The position numbers and the translations under genes were made by a program. 40,361 bases of DNA from Paracoccaceae bacterium (GTDB lineage Bacteria; Pseudomonadota; Alphaproteobacteria; Rhodobacterales; Rhodobacteraceae). This document shows, one piece after another, positions 30,010-39,436 of the stretch. The stretch covers positions 1-40,361 of the forward strand of contig JACOMT010000016.1 in assembly GCA_014623385.1 (NCBI GenBank), read 5' to 3'. Position 1 is the first letter of the stretch. Each line of letters starts with the position of its first letter. The notes beneath the pieces were generated by a model. That model saw nothing but the letters and a program-made list of their open reading frames with translations. It was not told the origin of the DNA and did not search any database.

Positions 30010-30435
30010 TCAGTTTGTCTTACGAGTGGGCATAAAGGGCAGCGGGGCGACAGGCACACCTTCTTCGATCAGGGCGCGCGCTTCATCCGGGTGCGCCTCG
30101 CCGTAGATCGAGCGCTTGGGTTGATCCCCATCGTGGATCGCCCGTGCCTCGGCAGCAAAGCTCATCCCGACATAATCGGAATTCTCTTCGACATGCTGGC
30201 GCATCGCGGCCAGCTTTTGTTCGATCTCAGATGCCGGGACGGACAAGGGCGCGGCGGTGTTGGTCTTGCGCAAGGGCGCAACCCAGGGTGCCATAATGGC
30301 CTTGGCCACATCCGTCGAGCCGCATTCGGTACAGGAAATCAGCTTGCAACCTGAAAGCTTTTCAAAGGCTTTGGCAGACTGAAACCAACTGTCAAAAGTG
30401 TGATCATTCACACATTTCAGGCTGTAGCGGATCAT
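30010..30435 (-). CDS. DUF1178 family protein
   Basis: MIRYSLKCVNDHTFDSWFQSAKAFEKL.....ISCTECGSTDVAKAIMAP is typical of DUF1178. Intact 141 aa ORF. Confidence 0.85.
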   Translation of the reverse strand: MIRYSLKCVNDHTFDSWFQSAKAFEKLSGCKLISCTECGSTDVAKAIMAPWVAPLRKTNTAAPLSVPASEIEQKLAAMRQHVEENSDYVGMSFAAEARAIHDGDQPKRSIYGEAHPDEARALIEEGVPVAPLPFMPTRKTN

Positions 30436-30949
30436 CGGCAGTTCCCAAAATCTGGTGTTTAGTTAGCTATCCAAGTGTTCGTCAGGATCAAGGAGATCGC
30501 TATGTCAGCACAACATACGCGGGTCAAAATCCCGCAGGATATGCGCCAATTCCGACACGATCACAGGAGACGCCGCTTTCTTGGGCACGAACCATGTTCG
30601 TTTCCACACTGCCCGTTCCGGGAATCGGCACGACAAGGATTTTACACGGATTTTACTTTTACGGGATAAACCATCACCACACTGGTAATAAAATCCCAAG
30701 CATCGATCATCGCCTTTTCCGATCACCCTGCCTCTTCTTAGGCTTCCTGTTTCGCGGATTGCAGCGGCGTTTTGTTTGATATTGGCCAGCCTTTGAGCGC
30801 GACCCAGCGTCTGGTTATGCGCGAGGTTACCAGCAAAACCTGTAGTTTATCGCCTGATATGCGATAGGCACCAACCTCCGGGTGCCACGAGTGCCAATTG
30901 CGGCAAGCAATGAGCCGATCATCCTGGGTGTTTGCCCCTCACACAAGCG

Positions 30950-31693
30950 TCACATGCGGTCGCGCAGCCGGGCCACCAATTCGTTGTCCGGCAACCCGGT
31001 GTCCAACGCCAGGCGCCGCAGGCCAAACTGAACACAGGCGATCTGAACGTAATATCGGGCATAGATATAATTTGTCGTAGCCCCGGCTATCGCGCCCAAC
31101 ACAGGTACCAACTGCGTGCCCAGCTTTTGCCCCAGAACGACCGATAATCGTGGTGCGACCTTGCGTATCATGCCGGAAATCATCGGGCCGGTGATCGACA
31201 GACGCGCAGTCAAAAATACGGTATCGGCCCCGTCATCATGGCATAACGGACCCGCCGCTGCAAAAACGCGCAACGTGTCAAACTTGGTCGTTTCCGCCGC
31301 AGGGTCAAAGCCATATCGTGCCGCAACCTCCTGAATGCTGCGGAACAGCAAGGTGGTCGTCATCGGTAGTTCAACCAAAGAAGATGCTAAACCACCCGCG
31401 CCGCCCACCGCTCCCATCGCCGTGGCCGCCGCCCTGTTAAGCCAATCGCCCTGGTCAGGCACGACGCGCCGCGACCGTCCGGCGGCGGATATGCAGAGGT
31501 GCAGGGCATCCTCTATGGCCGTGGTCAACCCCCGGCGCACAGGATCAGGCATTTGATCCAACAGCATTTCGGCCTGACCGCCCACGGCATTCAGAACCTG
31601 GACCGCGCCTCGATTCGCTGATCGATATCGTGATGCCAGCCGGTCCAGCTCGGCATCGTGATCTACCGGGGTGATTTGCAGGATGTGTGTCAC
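30950..31693 (-). CDS. EcsC family protein
   Basis: ORF 30950..31921. The first ~76 codons overlap the upstream GNAT gene, so a GTG start near 31693 is more likely. The body (..LNAVGGQAEMLLDQMP....LVELPMTTTLLFRSIQEVAARYGFDP....GAIAGATTNYIYARYY..) matches the EcsC pattern. Confidence 0.7.
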   Translation of the reverse strand: MTHILQITPVDHDAELDRLASRYRSANRGAVQVLNAVGGQAEMLLDQMPDPVRRGLTTAIEDALHLCISAAGRSRRVVPDQGDWLNRAAATAMGAVGGAGGLASSLVELPMTTTLLFRSIQEVAARYGFDPAAETTKFDTLRVFAAAGPLCHDDGADTVFLTARLSITGPMISGMIRKVAPRLSVVLGQKLGTQLVPVLGAIAGATTNYIYARYYVQIACVQFGLRRLALDTGLPDNELVARLRDRM

Positions 31694-31737
31694 TTGGTCC
31701 TCGCTAGTGCCAAAGATGCGAATGCAACCGGTGGATG

Positions 31738-32235
31738 TCAATGGCTGTCGGATATCCAACGTTGAACAGTGCCCCGAACCGCGTCCCAAGCACCCGGTGT
31801 CAGGGCGATGCCCAGAACCCGATCCGGGTTGGTCGGCGGCGGCATATGCACATTCGACAGACGGGCAAAACCAAACCGCCCGTAATATGGTGCATCCCCG
31901 ACCAGGATTACCCGCTCCCATCCATCGCTCTGTGCTGCGGCCAGCCCGTCGCGGAGCAGCACACCGCCCAAACCTTCACCTTGGTGGGTCGGATGCACGG
32001 CCACAGGTCCCAGCAACAGTGCCGATCGCGAACCAACGCACACCGGCCAGAATCGGATAGCACCACCAATGAACCCGGCCCCATCCCGCGCCACACGCGA
32101 CAAGCTTTGGACCGGCGGCACGTCATCGCGCAAACGATAGGACGGCAACGCTTTGCGCCCCGGGCCGAAACACAGGTCATACAGTGCCTCGACATTCCAC
32201 ATGTCATCGGGCAGTTCCGGTTTAATCTGAAACAC
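31738..32235 (-). CDS. GNAT family N-acetyltransferase
   Basis: ORF 31738..32307. ..LLGPVAVHPTHQGEGLGGVLLRDGL..A...GW..VILVGDAPYYGRFGF.. is a GNAT core. The probable start is GTG at 32235 (VFQIKPELPDD..). Confidence 0.8.
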   Translation of the reverse strand: MFQIKPELPDDMWNVEALYDLCFGPGRKALPSYRLRDDVPPVQSLSRVARDGAGFIGGAIRFWPVCVGSRSALLLGPVAVHPTHQGEGLGGVLLRDGLAAAQSDGWERVILVGDAPYYGRFGFARLSNVHMPPPTNPDRVLGIALTPGAWDAVRGTVQRWISDSH

Positions 32236-32311
32236 AGGTTTTCCGACCTCAACGGTAGAAATCCACCTATCATGCCCTCCAGGCCCTGGGCAAACATATG
32301 AAGCCATCGCA

Positions 32312-32887
32312 ATGTTCTATTGCCCGCAAGGCGGCCACGTCTTACCACAACCCATTCAACACGTTGACCACCCCCGTCCTGTCGGTTGGATTTCCAGCCG
32401 GGATAGCGGTGATATCACCACCTTGACACCGTATTCGTTTTTCAACGGCACTGCCTATTTTTCACCCCGGATCATGGTCGGCCAGCACCGCCCCAAATCC
32501 GGACATGACAACACCAGAACCAATGGTGCTTTTGCCACGCGGGATGTAATGAGCAAAAGCTCGGCGGCATGCGGCATTGGACAGGAATGTGGATGAATTT
32601 GCAGCGGTGGGCGTACCAATGGCGGAGTGTTTGGAAATCGGCTGTACTAGAGTCGCGAACGCGCCTGCATCTCTGCATGCAGGCATGCAGGGCTCACCAA
32701 AATTGGCAAATTGCCCAAAGCGTCGAACAAGGTGGTATTGGGCGAGGTTGTAGATATTTACATCCGCGATGACGTGCTAACCGGTGGGAAGGTCGCTATG
32801 ATCAAATATCACCTTCTGTCCCACAGGACTATCGCGATTACACTGTTATTCGCGAGGGTGTTTCAGCTGATGCGCCTGGATGATTAG
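32312..32887 (+). pseudogene. Flavin reductase-like (FMN-binding split-barrel) pseudogene, at least two frameshifts
   Basis: ..PRPVGWISSRDSGDITTLTPYSFFNGTAY.SP.IMV.. is followed after a shift by ..DEFAAVGVPMAECLEIGCTRVANAPASL... A further shift gives ..VVLGEVVDIYIRDDVLTGGKVAMIKY..LS......YTVI.E.FQLMRLDD. Confidence 0.65.
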
Positions 32888-33032
32888 GCCCCGACCCTAA
32901 GGGCGGGGCTGTGTTCAGCCTCTATTTTAATGCTTGTCCAAAATAGCGATGCGCATCGAATAGTTCGAGCCCAATGCGTATTCGGGGTCATTATGGCTAG
33001 CCACCATCAGGTGCTCGGCTATGGTCGGCAGC

Positions 33033-34445
33033 TTAGTACTTGGTGGTTACCGCCTCAATGGCTTGCAAAGCGAATTTGTCGGCAACGCAGCTGTTTTCGG
33101 AATCCACAAACACAGGAACCGGGTCAGATTTCGGGGCGGACTGTTCGATGAACCCTGCGGCAGAATCAGAAAACAGCGGACCCTGAACCTCATAAACCCT
33201 GTTGCCTTCAGGCATCATGTGGATTTTTGTATAGATTGCCATTTGGCGTTGTTCTGGGCATAGGCCGACGCGGAAACGATTACGCCAACGGCCGCCGAAA
33301 GGGTGAGGTCTTCCATCACGGTAACCAGAACAATGACAAAGGCATCGGTCAGCGACACGCGATGCCAGGATATTCAGCGCATCCCAAGCAAAGGTATCGA
33401 TTACGACCATGAACAATTACATCAACCAGCGCGGCCAGCGGGTTCTGTTCAGGTATGAGGGGTGGCAACCAGGATGAAAACCGACAGGAACAGTGCCGCC
33501 GCCGCCCGCAATCCGGGTTCCACCACCCGATTGCACGTTGATCATCGATTGACCACTCATTGCACAGCCGCTTATGCCGCCCCAAAAGCCGTTAACTGTT
33601 TTTGCCACACCTCGGACAATACATTCCCAAGATACATTCCCACGATGTGCCGCCGCGTTTATTTGGCATTTTGCCTACCAGGTTCAGGGTCAAAAGGCTT
33701 CCGATCAGGTCGATGGCTGACAGGTTCATTGCTATAAGCCAAAATGATTTCCAGGGATTCCCGCTCAGCGGACCCATGGGAATGTGAAAGGCAGGCACCC
33801 TGCTCTCGCTCCAGACCATGTTCCCGACGCGCGGCACAACCCAGGCCAAAGGCAATCAACAAGCCCGCGACGGGTACGGGTATCACAGACGTCTATCACA
33901 GGTGTCATGATGTGCAGTATAACGCGTCGCGTGTCCCTGGATGATGCCCATTATCAGCGCAACCAGGCCCGGCACCAGGCAAAATAGCCATGCCGATCAA
34001 CCATTCGCCACCGGCCACGCAATGCCCGTCCCTAACCATGTGCCCGGTACTTTGAACCGGGCTCATCTATACCAGAAAGATCACTATGGCCAGCCCGTTC
34101 ACAAACCCCGGCATTACTGGATGGGGTACCAGCTGAATGAATTTGTCCCATTGCATCACACGGACAGAGACCTGTGGCAGGCCCATCAAAACCACCGCCG
34201 TAAAGCGGTATTCGATCTCATGCTCCTTAACCAGCGCGACTATGACGACCGCCAGTGTACCCGTTGTCCCCAGGATCATGCCAGGCGGTGATCAGCCCCG
34301 CCAGAAAAGCCGCATATAGTTCAACCAAGGTTATGCACGGCCACAAAGGCAAAGCTCACCGCCTCCGGCACCAGGGCCAGCACAACGGTCAGGCCCGGCA
34401 GCAATTCGATGTGCAGCCGTGCAAAGGACAAAAACCGTGAACCGG
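33033..34445 (-). pseudogene. SulP-family anion transporter pseudogene (many frameshifts/stops)
   Basis: N-terminal ELLPGLTVVLALVPEAVSFAFVA.., then ..[33 protein letters not shown]......[25 protein letters not shown] (ORF 34067..34279), then a STAS-like C-terminus ..VYEVQGPLFSDSAAGFIEQ.. (ORF 33033..33416). The pieces lie in at least four frames. Confidence 0.75.
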
Positions 34446-34739
34446 ACCCGATCCCAGGTCAGTCAGCGTGAGACGACTGACAAATGATGCCAGGGATGGT
34501 ACAGGTTATGGGCGATCTTGTGTTCAGACACATACGGATTTTTACGGATTTTGCGGCAGATTTTGACAGACCTTTGGCGGGGAACATGCAAAATGCCAAT
34601 AGGTCGACACAAAAGGCCAGTATGCATCCATGGCATAGCGGGTCAGCCTTTATGTGCATGCAATACGAAATTTCGCGCACACCCCTACAAGGAATCAATA
34701 AAAAATGTGCACGCCCGACGTGTTCGTTTGACCCATCGA

Positions 34740-35094
34740 TTGTGATCTAGCCACTTGCGATCACTGAACGCCTGAATCAGAATTTGTGCGATGGCATACT
34801 GAAATTTGGCGACAGCACCAGAACCACGTTTTGACGTGGGTTTGTGACCCGTCACGTCACGGGTGTCGATTTCACCTGTGGTAAAGTCCTGGATAAGCCT
34901 GTGGTAAAGTCCTGGATAAGGACGTGATCGTGCACGGCACGGCGACCGGATTGGTCGATTACCGTCATTGAATCGGCGACATTGTCACCTTGAACGGCAT
35001 CATGAGCGATTTCGCAGCTGCGCCGTAGGCAGAAAACACCAACACCGATCCGAATGCCATTGGCATATCTGGCTTTGTCAACTATCTCCTGCAT
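34740..35094 (-). pseudogene. Unknown ORF disrupted by a perfect 23 bp tandem duplication
   Basis: ORF 34852..35094 (MQEIVDKARYANGIRIGVGVF...). The duplication cctgtggtaaagtcctggataag x2 at 34875-34920 shifts the frame. Removing one unit extends the reading frame downstream. No family recognised. Confidence 0.4.
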
Positions 35095-35517
35095 AATAAA
35101 TCGCTAAGAGCGTGGCATCACAGGATGGACGACAGATAATTTTTGACTGCGATGGCTGCAACCGGCTGACCGGTGGTAACGGTGAGGTGCCATTCATTTT
35201 TTGCCCCGTATCCAGCTACGATAAAGATCGCCTAATCCAGGTTACAATTATGACGACTATCTGATCATGACCCGCGGTGACAAGGCGACCATGGTCGTTG
35301 AGCAGGGCACACCGGTTGAAACAACCGGTCGAAACAAAGGTTGACCTATGACGGTGATGTCATTGTCGTCAACGACCCGGTCGCGGATGACTTGACCGTC
35401 GATGATCCCCTGTTCGTCTAACAAAATCGCGGTCCCCGGTGTTGACATGCCTTGCAGACCGGCACAAAATCTTGTCAGGTTTAGGTGGAAACTGCCAACA
35501 GCGTGGGGGTGGCAGGC

Positions 35518-36390
35518 ATGGCGCGTACCAAGCTCGGCATCATCGGCGGTTCGGGCATTTATGAAATCGACGGTCTGGCGGGTGCCGCCTGGACCACGGT
35601 CGACAGCCCATGGGGTACACCATCGGATGCGATATTGACCGGCACACTGGATGGCGTGGCTATGGCTTTTTTGCCCCGTCACGGGCGCGGCCACGTTCAC
35701 AGCCCGACCACTGTACCCTATCGCGCGAATATCGATGCCCTAAAACGGCTGGGTGTCACCGATGTCATCAGCGTCAGCGCCTGTGGCTCTTTCCGCGAAC
35801 ACATGGCACCTGGCGATTTTGTGATCGTTGACCAGTTTATCGACCGGACCTTTGCCCGCGAGAAGAGCTTTTTCGGCATCGGCTGTGTCGCGCATGTGAG
35901 CATCGCCCACCCGACCTGCCCGCGGCTTGGCGACGCCTGCGAAACGGCAGCTCGCACGGTGGGCATCCACGTGCATCGGGGCGGTACTTATCTGGCGATG
36001 GAGGGCCCCCAGTTTTCGACGCTTGCGGAATCCAAAATGTACCGCGAAAGCTGGGGCTGTGATGTTATTGGCATGACCAACATGCCAGAGGCGAAACTCG
36101 CCCGCGAGGCCGAGCTTTGTTACACCTCGATAGCCATGATCACCGATTATGACAGCTGGCATCCCGACCATGGCGAGGTCGATGTGACCGAGATCGTCAA
36201 GGTACTGACCGGCAATGCCGAAAAGGGGTGCGCCCTGGTGGCGCAATTGCCCGGGCTGCTGGGACCGGATCGGGTACCTTGTCCGCACGAATGCGACCGC
36301 GCGTTGGAATACGCCATTCTGACGGCCCCGGAACAACGCGATCCGGCATTGGTCGCGAAACTGGGTGCTGTTGCAGGACGGGTTTTGTAG
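35518..36390 (+). CDS. mtnP: S-methyl-5'-thioadenosine phosphorylase
   Basis: MARTKLGIIGGSGIYEIDGL... (ATG 35518 within ORF 35485..36390), with ..FLPRHGRGH.. and ..GMTNMPEAKLAREAE.CY..IAMITDYD.W motifs. Confidence 0.92.
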   Translation: MARTKLGIIGGSGIYEIDGLAGAAWTTVDSPWGTPSDAILTGTLDGVAMAFLPRHGRGHVHSPTTVPYRANIDALKRLGVTDVISVSACGSFREHMAPGDFVIVDQFIDRTFAREKSFFGIGCVAHVSIAHPTCPRLGDACETAARTVGIHVHRGGTYLAMEGPQFSTLAESKMYRESWGCDVIGMTNMPEAKLAREAELCYTSIAMITDYDSWHPDHGEVDVTEIVKVLTGNAEKGCALVAQLPGLLGPDRVPCPHECDRALEYAILTAPEQRDPALVAKLGAVAGRVL

Positions 36391-36842
36391 TGTCCTTCGT
36401 TGCTGCATCTGTCGCCTTGCTGCTGATTCCTGGCCCGAAATCGTATTGCTGGTGCAGAGCTATGCTTTCAGCAGTTGCCTTGGGTGACTTCATTGCGATG
36501 ACCGCATCGATCCTGGCATCCACCACGCTGTTTGCGGCACTGAAATGGACCGGGGTGCTGTATCTGGTCTGGTTGGGCATCAAATTGATCAAAAGTGCCA
36601 AGGACAACGATATCACGCTGATGCCGATTTCTGGTGTTTGTGCCCCAGCTCATCGCGCCTGATGCGCCGATCCTCTGGCCGCGATCAACGCACTGACCTA
36701 TGCTGTTCTGGCAGATCGTTTGCGCCAGGCAATTGCCTGATCGGGTGTCGTCCCGTTGATCACACGCGCAGGTGGGGCCACATTAGGGGCCACATTGATT
36801 GTCATGGGAGTGCTAACCGCAGCAGTGCGACGCCCGGCTTGA
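36390..36842 (+). pseudogene. LysE/RhtB-family exporter pseudogene (internal deletions and frameshifts), abutting the IS relics
   Basis: VSFVAASVALLLIPGP.. ...LGDFIAMTASILASTTLFAALKWTGVLYLVWLGIKLI is followed after a shift by ..FLVFVPQLIAPDAP.. and later ..LTYAVLADRL... Segments expected between these motifs are missing. Confidence 0.65.
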
Positions 36843-36854
36843 CCACCCTGCCCC

Positions 36855-37956
36855 GTTCTTCTTCAGGAATGCGCGTATAAAGCCCCGCCGGTATCCAGTG
36901 CTTTGCACAGTTCGAAGGATATGATCGCGTGAGCGCGTGATGTTCGGCGGAAGCGTCGATTGGGCCATTCTGTCCGGTCCTCTGACCTTTTCGATGGCCT
37001 TACATCTGGCAAAGCGGTTTTGGTAGTCCGGTTCTGCGATTGCCGGTGTTGGCGGGGTGAGGGGCGGCTCCCCGACAGGTTCTGCCCGATTGCCACCAGC
37101 GCCCAGCTGGGCGTCTTGTTTTGGCCAGCCCGAACTATCGGGCGGTGCGTCATCGTGGCATAGGCATTGCTCAATCCCTCAAGCGGCGGTTGGAGGTCCG
37201 CCTGCCCCCGCGTTGTTCCCGGACACGCAGGGCATCCCGGTTGGCCTTGCTGGTACAGGCCTTGTCGGCCAATACCCGCCCTGACCATGGTATCAACCCG
37301 GGGACTCCGGGCCCCGGTTCGCAGCTGCCCTGTGTAGACCCTGTCGCTGAAACGTTCCTTGTCCAGGCCTCATCCGGACCTCATCCGGGCGGGCAAAGCC
37401 GGTGGATGTCATCTTCCTTAACCCGGCGTACGGTTCGCGCCGTTCCTGACCCACCGTGCTTGCGTGTCGGCACTGGAATGCACGCCTGGATCGTCGGGCG
37501 GATCGTCGGGGGACCTCCTCTTCGGCCTGGTCTTGCGGCGCGCCCATATGGCTGCCGGGGCGGGTGGCACGTTCCACCGCTGCGGCCCCGTGATCCCCGG
37601 CCAGAAGATCACTGTGGGTTGTGAAAACGGCAACGGGTCGTCGCATCGGGCACAGGCGCAAAGAGGTCGGGACCGCAAAACAGCATGAAATCCAACGGAA
37701 TTTTCAACGCCCGCTCCAGCTTTGGGGGTGCCACTGCCTGATCGGCAGACAGTTGAAGCGGACCAGAGGATCACAACCCTGACGCCCGATCCCGGCGCGC
37801 CCCAACCCGTGCTTGCGTGTCGGCGAACACCACCGCCAGTCCCTTAAGGTCGTCAATCCCGGTCAGAACGTCGTCTGCGCCGATCCAAACCGCGTTCAAC
37901 ACGAACCGCGCAAAAACACGCGCAAAAACAGGTGCATCAAACCACCCCTGAACGCC
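36855..37956 (-). mobile_element. Dead copy 3 of the IS5-family-like element IS-B (most complete, ~1.1 kb)
   Basis: Minus-strand fragments are ..LSADQAVAP.. / ..DDPLPFSQPTVIFWPGITGPQRW.. (N-terminal region) and ..GRVLADKACTSKANRDALR.. (compare VLADKAYDS.ANR.AL of IS5-family DDE transposases). Stops occur in every frame. Terminal sequences are cgttcttcttcagg (left) and cctgaacgcc (right). Confidence 0.6.
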
Positions 37957-38612
37957 GGAACAACGCGCCGCATCGGTCGTAGTGGGTGGCGATCCGACGC
38001 CAGTCGTTCAGGCGAACGAACAGGTTCTCGACCCGGTGATACTGCCGTGATCGGCGGGGCTCTTGCGCCCGCGTCGGGCCGGGATGCAGGTGGCAATGCC
38101 TTAGCCAGTCGGCATCGTAGCCCTTGGCGGCCCAGGGGCACCTTGGCGGGCGGCAAGGTACCAGGGCGACCCAGCTTCGCGTTGCCGCGCGCATCCGCGG
38201 GCGACAGGCAGAACGTCAGAGGCCGCCCCGGCGATTACAGGCCATGTGCAGTTTCGGGTTCAGCCCGCGCCTTTGGTCCGTCCGATGTCCCGCGGTCGAG
38301 GGAGGCTTTTGAGATGCTTACCGCTGTTCTGTGGACCTTGGGGTGGGTGCTGTCGAACATGATTGTCTTACCGTGGCCCCCCGGCCCGGCGTGCTCGACG
38401 AAGATCCGGGTGAACACACCCATGCCCGACCAGCGTCAGCACCCGCCGGTCATCAACCCACGACTTGCCCCGGAACTCAGGAAAGAACAGCTGCAGTCGC
38501 TCCATATATTCGTCGGTCAGCCAGAAATGCCCGATCATCATGCCCACCCGGTCCCCGGGTGTTTGAAGCACGCAGCCCTGGCGGCCTCAAGCACGTTTAA
38601 GGGTCCTTGACC
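37957..38612 (-). mobile_element. IS5-family (IS427-type) transposase relic IS-A, internally deleted and 3'-truncated by IS-B
   Basis: Minus-strand ORFs: MIGHFWLTDEYMERLQLFFPEFRGKSWVDDRRVL.. (38368..38571), MGVFTRIFVEHAGPGGHGKTIMFDSTHPKVHRTA.. (38235..38423), and ..AAKGYDADWLR...HRVENLFVRLNDWRRIATHYDRCGALF (37937..38194). About 35 codons are missing between the first two blocks. Homology stops at 37957, where IS-B begins. Confidence 0.8.
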
Positions 38613-38919
38613 CTAGGGGGCTGTATTTTTTACTTGCAAAGCTGTTTGTCTTTCTGCGTCTGTCGGTAAAAAGACGGCGGTAGTAATAACAAGAATAGAA
38701 ATGCAAATGGACGTTATAATTGAACGTTATAACCGCAAAAATTTTTCTGCTCCGTGGCCGTATGGGCTGGAAAACCACGAATTCCGGCGACTCATCGGCA
38801 CATTGTAGCACCGCATTTTTCGTAAACACATTCAAAATAGGGCTCAAATACGGGGCCTGCGTGCTTATTTGCCTGATTTTCCGTAGGCTATCGGGCCAAA
38901 TTGCGGCGGTGTTTTCCGA

Positions 38920-39120
38920 CTTGGGGCGGTGCCAGCGGGTTTTGTGATGCGAACCCCCCGAAGAGGTTCACTGTGAGGTTCACTGTTTGGTTCCGGTGTG
39001 ACAGCCGGAGGCGGTGCGCGTCTGCCCCCCTGTGCCTGCAAAGGACGGGACCGGGAACCGGACGGCCGCGGAACAGCACCGTGGCAACGTGCCTGTGCTG
39101 CCCTATCAGGCACCCCGCCC
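38920..39120 (+). promoter_or_regulatory. Candidate decayed cobalamin-riboswitch-like element (orphan)
   Basis: GGGGCGGTGCC (38923-38933) can pair with GGCACCCCGCCC (39108-39119). Between them lie a GGGTT..AACCC hairpin, CCGGTGTGACAGCCGG (compare C.GGTG..AA..CC.G), CTGCCCCCCTGTG (compare CTGCCCCCGCAACTGT), a GGGAA block, and TCAGGCACCCCGCC (compare the B12 box CCAGGAGACCTGCC). No gene lies downstream on this strand. Confidence 0.35.
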
Positions 39121-39436
39121 TGTGGCAAGGATGAAGCAGATACCATCTCTGGAGTGCCGAAATTCCGGGTCCATATCGTTACACCGCACCCGGCATATCC
39201 CTCGCATATCCCTCACCGGGCCTGCGGGACAAACATGTCCGGGGAAAGGGGGGATCAGCCCATCACCCGATTTATACAACAAAGCCTTTGCGACAGGCTA
39301 GCCACAGGCACCGATTCGCTGGGGGGTATGCCACTGCCCAGCACAACCCGATGGTGTCTCCGGTTGACGCATCCTGCACCATGACTGATGTCACAAGGCT
39401 TGCCGACACGGATAGCGGCATACGGACCGATCCGCA

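Noticed and set aside
36855-37956. Long repeat family as decayed group II introns
   Set aside because: No RT motifs (YADD) appear in any frame. There is no convincing domain V (only a chance gtacggttc string) and no GUGYG 5' end. IS5-type transposase peptides are recognisable instead.
37813-38610. 265 aa plus-strand ORF across the IS-A relic
   Set aside because: It is an Arg/Pro/Gly-rich antisense shadow of the IS427-type transposase fragments on the minus strand, with no recognisable motifs.
9462-39214. Possible CRISPR array among the short direct repeats
   Set aside because: All repeats are 2-3 head-to-tail units of 9-27 bp with no spacers. There are no 24-48 bp repeats separated by unique spacers and no cas-like ORFs.
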